NCBI GenBank assembly: GCA_035299065.1
Contig: DATGXI010000095.1
Coordinates: 12,299 to 76,298 of the forward strand
From: Flavobacteriales bacterium
GTDB taxonomy: Bacteria > Bacteroidota > Bacteroidia > Flavobacteriales_D > UBA2798
Length of the DNA: 64,000 nucleotides
Direction: 5' to 3'
Shown: piece by piece, positions 59,351 through 64,000 of the stretch
Layout of the letters: the number at the start of each line of letters is the position of its first letter
How positions within the stretch are numbered: position 1 is the stretch's first letter
Position numbers and translations under genes: made by a program
Notes under the pieces: model-generated
Databases searched by the model: none
Seen by the model: only the letters and a program-made list of their open reading frames with translations
What the model was told of the DNA's origin: nothing

Positions 59351-59788
59351 ATGACTGAAAAAACCGACTTTGTAGTTTATTATGGAAGCGTACTTATGAA
59401 CTCAAGTGCACCTATGAAACATTGCGATGCCTGCGTAATAGGAACCAAAAACTATATTTTTTTCGTGCCAAAACAAACAGTTGGCATATATGCCATTTTA
59501 ACCACCTGGAAAAACCATAAGTTTTTTGAAGGTGTTAGTGTTGAAGAAGGTGTAAAGAATTTTATTGCATCCTGCTCGTCAATTGACCAACTTGAAAAAG
59601 GGCTTATTGCGCTTTTGGAAGATGACCCTAAATATGTACATAAGTTAAGCGATTTAAAATCATTTAAGTTTCGCGGATTTTTAGGCAAACACACTGTACG
59701 CATGAGTACAGGAGGAATGAACTGGACCTCGGTATCGCCAAAAGGAAAAGGAACAAGCAAGGAAATGAGATCGTTTTACGGGCAATAA
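59351..59788 (+). CDS. Hypothetical protein
   Basis: 145-aa ORF with an A-rich upstream region; no recognised motif. Confidence 0.6.
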   Translation: MTEKTDFVVYYGSVLMNSSAPMKHCDACVIGTKNYIFFVPKQTVGIYAILTTWKNHKFFEGVSVEEGVKNFIASCSSIDQLEKGLIALLEDDPKYVHKLSDLKSFKFRGFLGKHTVRMSTGGMNWTSVSPKGKGTSKEMRSFYGQ

Positions 59789-59799
59789 AAGAAAAGTGA

Positions 59800-60132
59800 A
59801 TGAATACATATGTAGACCTTGTTGGAACAACCGAATCGCTTACTGCAGAGCCCTGTAAAGTATGCTCTGAGAAAGTAAAATGCACGTACCAGGTTGAGCA
59901 AAGTTATATAGCATTGTTGTTTCTTCCCTTGTTTCCGACAAAGCGAACCATTTACCGCGTTTGCTCAAATTGCAGTGCCCGGTTAAAGGTAAAGCCAACC
60001 GACCAGGATTATGCCTGGGTGAACGAAACCATTCCAAAACGATTTAATTTTAAATACTACTGGGGCATTGTTGCATTAGCAGGTCTTGCTTTTTTGCTTT
60101 GGAGATGGTATAACAGCGTAATGCAGTCGTAG
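59800..60132 (+). CDS. Zinc-ribbon membrane protein (zinc_ribbon_15-like)
   Basis: CKVC...FLPLFP...CSNC plus a C-terminal TM. Confidence 0.75.
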   Translation: MNTYVDLVGTTESLTAEPCKVCSEKVKCTYQVEQSYIALLFLPLFPTKRTIYRVCSNCSARLKVKPTDQDYAWVNETIPKRFNFKYYWGIVALAGLAFLLWRWYNSVMQS

Positions 60133-60186
60133 CATATTTAAACAATTATTTTATCCCTGATTTACAAAGTTCCTGTTACGGAAGGA

Positions 60187-63042
60187 TTAATCTTTTTCTT
60201 CTGTTTCAGGTTTTGGTTCACTATCCTTTTTCTTTTTTATTTCAAATTCCTTTCGGTATTTTTTGGATGCAACTGTGAACTCCACGGCATATTTTCCCTC
60301 ATTGAAATAATATTTGCCATTTTCGCCTTTAACCAGCTTTTCTTCTTCCTTCTTTTGTTTTTTATTGAACGCATTTGCCATTTCATCACTCACAACTATT
60401 TCAACGGGCAAATCCTGCAACCCTGCCTTTAATGACACTTCTTTTGCAACAAATGTTTCGTTCCCTTTTAAAATTTTAATTGTTGCTTTTTGAAAAACTG
60501 CACTGTAATACGTAATGGTTACTGCCGGGTCTTGTTGTTCACGCCTGGCAAACCATTTTTGTTTGTTGCCCCAATTTTTGGATAAGCGCATGTCTTCCAC
60601 CGGCAATAAACTAAAAGCCTCCTTTGTTCCATTTTTCATCATGGTTTGTAAGCCCTCAAGGTCAATTTTATACAATGAACGTCCATGTGTGCCAATTACA
60701 AGGTCGGACTCACGTTCCTGTATAGCCAAATCGTGAACCGGTACTACAGGGAAACCATTTTTAACCGGATAAAATGTTTCGCCACGGTTCATGCTTATGT
60801 AAACACCATCATCGGTTCCAACATACAGTAAATTTTCATGCGAGGGATCCTCGCGAATGACGTTAACCGGGTATTGGGGTAAATTGGCTGATATTTTTTT
60901 CCAGTTCATCCCAAAATCCTCTGAAACAAAAAGCATGGGACGAAAATCATCGAGGGTATGCCCGCTCAAACAAACATACACGCGTGATTCTTTGTGTGCA
61001 GAAGCAATAATCCTGCGCACCCAAAAATTTTCAGGAAGCCCAGCCGAAATGTTTGTCCAGTTACTGCCTCCGTCTTTTGATACATGTACAAGTCCATCAT
61101 CAGAGCCGGTATAAAGCAAGCCAAATTTTATGGGCGACTCGTGCACGGCCGTTAGGGTTGCATAGGCCACATCGCCTTGTTTGGGACCTTTGGTCAAATC
61201 ACCCGAGATCGGTTTAAAATCATTGCCCTTATTAAATGACCTGAATAATTTATTGGAGCCAAAATACAAAACATCTTTTTGATGAACCGACAAATGAATT
61301 GGTGCCTGCCAGTTATAGCGCATGGGCCTTTCACCCAATTCATGTTTTGGTGATATGTACGTGTTCTCACCCGTACTTTTATTGATGCGAAAATAATTTC
61401 CATACTGGTAACCTGTATACACAATGTTGTTGTCACGTGTATCAACCTGCACCTGCATACCATCACCACCCAAAATGGTTTGATAAGGATATTTTCCTTC
61501 CATTTGCCAGCCGGCATTGTTGGTATAACTGTGGCTGCCGCTCCACACACCATTATCCTGCAAGCCTCCATACACATTGTAATTTTCAGCGTTGTCAACG
61601 GCTACGGTATAAAATTGCCCAACTGGTGGATCAATGCATTTTATCCAGCTTTTTCCATCGTCATAGGTAATGTTTAAGCCTCCATCATTTCCATTTACCA
61701 AATGGCCGGGCCTGTCAGGATTGATCCAAAGCGCGTGGTGATCAACGTGAACATTTTCACCGTTGATGTTGCGTATGGTTTTTCCTCCATCATCACTGGT
61801 GGCAACGTAAAATGCAACCAGGTAAATTTTTTCATGATTTTTTGGATGCACGCGTACATTTCCAAAATAATACCCGTAGGTATATACCATGTTGTCCAAA
61901 TAACCTTCATGTGTTTTTTTCCAGGTTAAACCACCGTCATTGCTTCGGTACAGTTCAGCCCCTTTAACAGGCGTGTCAAACAAAAGTGCATTGGCATCTT
62001 CTAAAAACTCAACCAGTGCAAGTGGATTAATTTTGTCGTTCTTTACCATTTCTTTTACGCCCGCTGCTTTGTACTTTTCCGGAAATTCATTGTCACGCAA
62101 ATATTTTTCCAACTCCTCGTCCGTAAGTTTTAGAAACCCTTCTTTATCCAGTTTGCGAAGTTTATCTTTTGTCAACCCCTCTTCTTTTTCTTCGCCTGTT
62201 TTTTCACGATGGTCCTGGTTGTCTAAAAAAGCATACATGATCTTACTGTCCTGGTAGCTCATGGCAAGTCCAATGCGTCCCACTCCTTTTCCTTGCGGAA
62301 AACCACTTTGAGCCGTGGTGATTTTTGCCCAGTTTTCGCCCCCATCTTTACTTTCATAAATACCCGATGATTCACCACTCTCTTCAAAATTCCATCCTGT
62401 ACGTTCACGTTGCCACGCAGCTGCCAGCAAATGTTTTGGGTTTTGAGGGTCCATGAGCAAATCAATGACTCCTGTTTTTTCATTTACAAACAACACCTGT
62501 TTCCAGGTTTTTCCACCATCACTTGTTTTATATACACCACGTTCTTTATTGTAGGTAAATAAGTGACCAATTACACCAACAAAAATTTCATCGGGATTTG
62601 CCGGATTCAACACGATACGTCCAATGTGATGCGATTCTTCCAAGCCCAGATGGTTCCATGATTTTCCATTGTTATCGGTTACAAATATTCCTTTACCAGC
62701 GTACGATGACCGTGACGAATTGTTTTCACCAGTACCTGCATAAATTTTATTGCGTTTCCAATCAACGGCAATGTCGCCCAAACCAAATGTTATACCAGCA
62801 TTAAATATTTGCTCAAACGTTGTACCATTGTTTTTTGTTTCCCATAGTCCGCCTGTAGCAAATGCCGTGTAAAAATGCGTAGGATCGGCCGGGTCAACTT
62901 CCAAATCAACAACACGGCCTGACATAATTGTAGGGCCAATGCTGGTTGCTTTAATGCCGTTTAAGTAAGTATACCAGGTTGAATCTACCTGGGCATGGGC
63001 CGTTGTAACAAAAACGCAAAACAATGCAATCAATTTTTTCAT
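60187..63042 (-). CDS. VPS10/sortilin-like BNR-repeat beta-propeller protein (glycosyl-hydrolase-like)
   Basis: Signal peptide (likely start ATG 63042); IGPTIMSGRV, many SxDGGxxW Asp-boxes, HVDHHALWINP, GGLQDNG and IGTHGRS motifs. Confidence 0.88.
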   Translation of the reverse strand: MKKLIALFCVFVTTAHAQVDSTWYTYLNGIKATSIGPTIMSGRVVDLEVDPADPTHFYTAFATGGLWETKNNGTTFEQIFNAGITFGLGDIAVDWKRNKIYAGTGENNSSRSSYAGKGIFVTDNNGKSWNHLGLEESHHIGRIVLNPANPDEIFVGVIGHLFTYNKERGVYKTSDGGKTWKQVLFVNEKTGVIDLLMDPQNPKHLLAAAWQRERTGWNFEESGESSGIYESKDGGENWAKITTAQSGFPQGKGVGRIGLAMSYQDSKIMYAFLDNQDHREKTGEEKEEGLTKDKLRKLDKEGFLKLTDEELEKYLRDNEFPEKYKAAGVKEMVKNDKINPLALVEFLEDANALLFDTPVKGAELYRSNDGGLTWKKTHEGYLDNMVYTYGYYFGNVRVHPKNHEKIYLVAFYVATSDDGGKTIRNINGENVHVDHHALWINPDRPGHLVNGNDGGLNITYDDGKSWIKCIDPPVGQFYTVAVDNAENYNVYGGLQDNGVWSGSHSYTNNAGWQMEGKYPYQTILGGDGMQVQVDTRDNNIVYTGYQYGNYFRINKSTGENTYISPKHELGERPMRYNWQAPIHLSVHQKDVLYFGSNKLFRSFNKGNDFKPISGDLTKGPKQGDVAYATLTAVHESPIKFGLLYTGSDDGLVHVSKDGGSNWTNISAGLPENFWVRRIIASAHKESRVYVCLSGHTLDDFRPMLFVSEDFGMNWKKISANLPQYPVNVIREDPSHENLLYVGTDDGVYISMNRGETFYPVKNGFPVVPVHDLAIQERESDLVIGTHGRSLYKIDLEGLQTMMKNGTKEAFSLLPVEDMRLSKNWGNKQKWFARREQQDPAVTITYYSAVFQKATIKILKGNETFVAKEVSLKAGLQDLPVEIVVSDEMANAFNKKQKKEEEKLVKGENGKYYFNEGKYAVEFTVASKKYRKEFEIKKKKDSEPKPETEEKD

Positions 63043-63086
63043 CGTGTGTAATTTCAAGCTACCAATTTATTAATTTAAGGGAATAA

Positions 63087-63998
63087 ATGGCATTGGTTTT
63101 AAAAATAAAGAACAAGGTGCAGGAGATTTCCCTGAAACAGGTATTGTTGCTGGCCTTTTCCATTCGTATTGCGTGGTATTTATTCATTCTGTTCACTAAT
63201 CCTGAAGGATTCTGGCTTTATGATTCAAACGGATACTGGAACATTGCTTACAATTTGAAAGAATACGGGGTGTTTAGCCAGGGTTCTGACAGCTACGTGA
63301 ATGAGCCCCTTTTACCCGATTATTTTCGCACACCCTTATTTCCTTTGCTCATTTATCCCACGGTATTTTTTGATTCGAGCGGGTGTTCGGTTCCGGTCAT
63401 CAACATTTTGTTTGATTGCTTAACCTGCTTTTTGATTTACAAAACCATTCTACGCATTACTAAAAATGAAAACTATGCAAAAGGTGGAAGTTTGATTTAT
63501 GCCATTCACATTCCTGCTGTTTTGTTCAGTAATTTTGTGCTTAGCGAAACTGTTTTTGCCTGCCTTATACTTTTATTTGTTTACCTGTTTTTTAAATTGG
63601 TTGCTATTCCGGGTTGGAAAAATGCCTTGTTGTGCGGACTTGCTGGTGGGCTTTGTGTTATGTGTAAACCATTGGGATTTATTTTGATTTTTCCTGCCGC
63701 CTTGTTTTTACTGGTTAAACAATTTAACGCAAAAGGAGCAATTGCGATTTTGCTTATGACATTAACGTTTTATGCAGTGCAGTTCCCATGGATGCAACGC
63801 AATAAAAACACTTTTGGAAGATATTTTAACTCTGTACTTGGTGAACACTTATTGCTGGGTTACCATACAGCCCATGTGTATGGCAAAGTCAACCATATAA
63901 ATTATTTTGAAGCGAAGGAAATGCTGATTGATAAATGCTTTGAAGGGCTTAACTACGATCCGTATAAACACCCGTACGAATATGCAAAGAAAATTGAA
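63087..63998 (+). CDS. GT39/ArnT-like membrane glycosyltransferase; 3' partial, missing from the ORF track
   Basis: I translated it from ATG 63087 and it is open to the window end: MALVLKIKNK...YDSNGYWNIAYNL...FRTPLFP...VLSETVF...KPLG...PWMQRN. Confidence 0.85.
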   Translation, partial: MALVLKIKNKVQEISLKQVLLLAFSIRIAWYLFILFTNPEGFWLYDSNGYWNIAYNLKEYGVFSQGSDSYVNEPLLPDYFRTPLFPLLIYPTVFFDSSGCSVPVINILFDCLTCFLIYKTILRITKNENYAKGGSLIYAIHIPAVLFSNFVLSETVFACLILLFVYLFFKLVAIPGWKNALLCGLAGGLCVMCKPLGFILIFPAALFLLVKQFNAKGAIAILLMTLTFYAVQFPWMQRNKNTFGRYFNSVLGEHLLLGYHTAHVYGKVNHINYFEAKEMLIDKCFEGLNYDPYKHPYEYAKKIE

Positions 63999-64000
63999 CA

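Noticed and set aside
1-64000. tRNA, rRNA, IS, integrase or prophage features
   Set aside because: No cloverleaf or T-loop context, rRNA sequence, transposase, recombinase or phage structural motif was seen by eye; a tRNAscan or ISEScan run would confirm.

Overview
Chromosomal segment of a Bacteroidota bacterium, roughly 40% GC by eye. The assignment rests on TAnnTTTG promoter elements, several T9SS C-terminal sorting domains and a tatA-gatA-lytic transglycosylase gene order. About 54 CDSs are supported. Housekeeping genes: dnaK, lolA, tatA, gatA, dusB, recJ, dut, ettA, an ALDH7-type dehydrogenase and an enoyl-CoA hydratase. Envelope and secreted proteins: T9SS cargo, two GT39/ArnT-like glycosyltransferases, a flippase and a VPS10/BNR protein. 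Regulatory modules: ECF sigma/anti-sigma/Spy/YHYH, an ArsR-SRPBCC-DoxX-YdeI-DUF4256 operon, a LytS/LytTR pair and an orphan histidine kinase. There is also an RND efflux operon. I saw no rRNA, tRNA, CRISPR array, transposase, integrase or phage gene. The most notable signals not explained by a simple gene list are: (1) two diverged copies of a ~200-nt intergenic structured element (11010-11224 and 26975-27157) with compensatory changes in three stems and exchangeable hairpin inserts, whose core resembles the Flavo-1 RNA motif; (2) a membrane-targeted leader ORF whose stop codon base-pairs with the initiation region of the RND operon, a possible arrest-peptide control; (3) a TPR membrane receptor that ends exactly where a PP2C output domain normally begins; (4) an exported WD40-caspase-UVR protein; (5) a sigma54-like site upstream of dnaK. 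Family assignments come from motif recognition only; no database search was run. The first and last CDSs are cut by the window edges.
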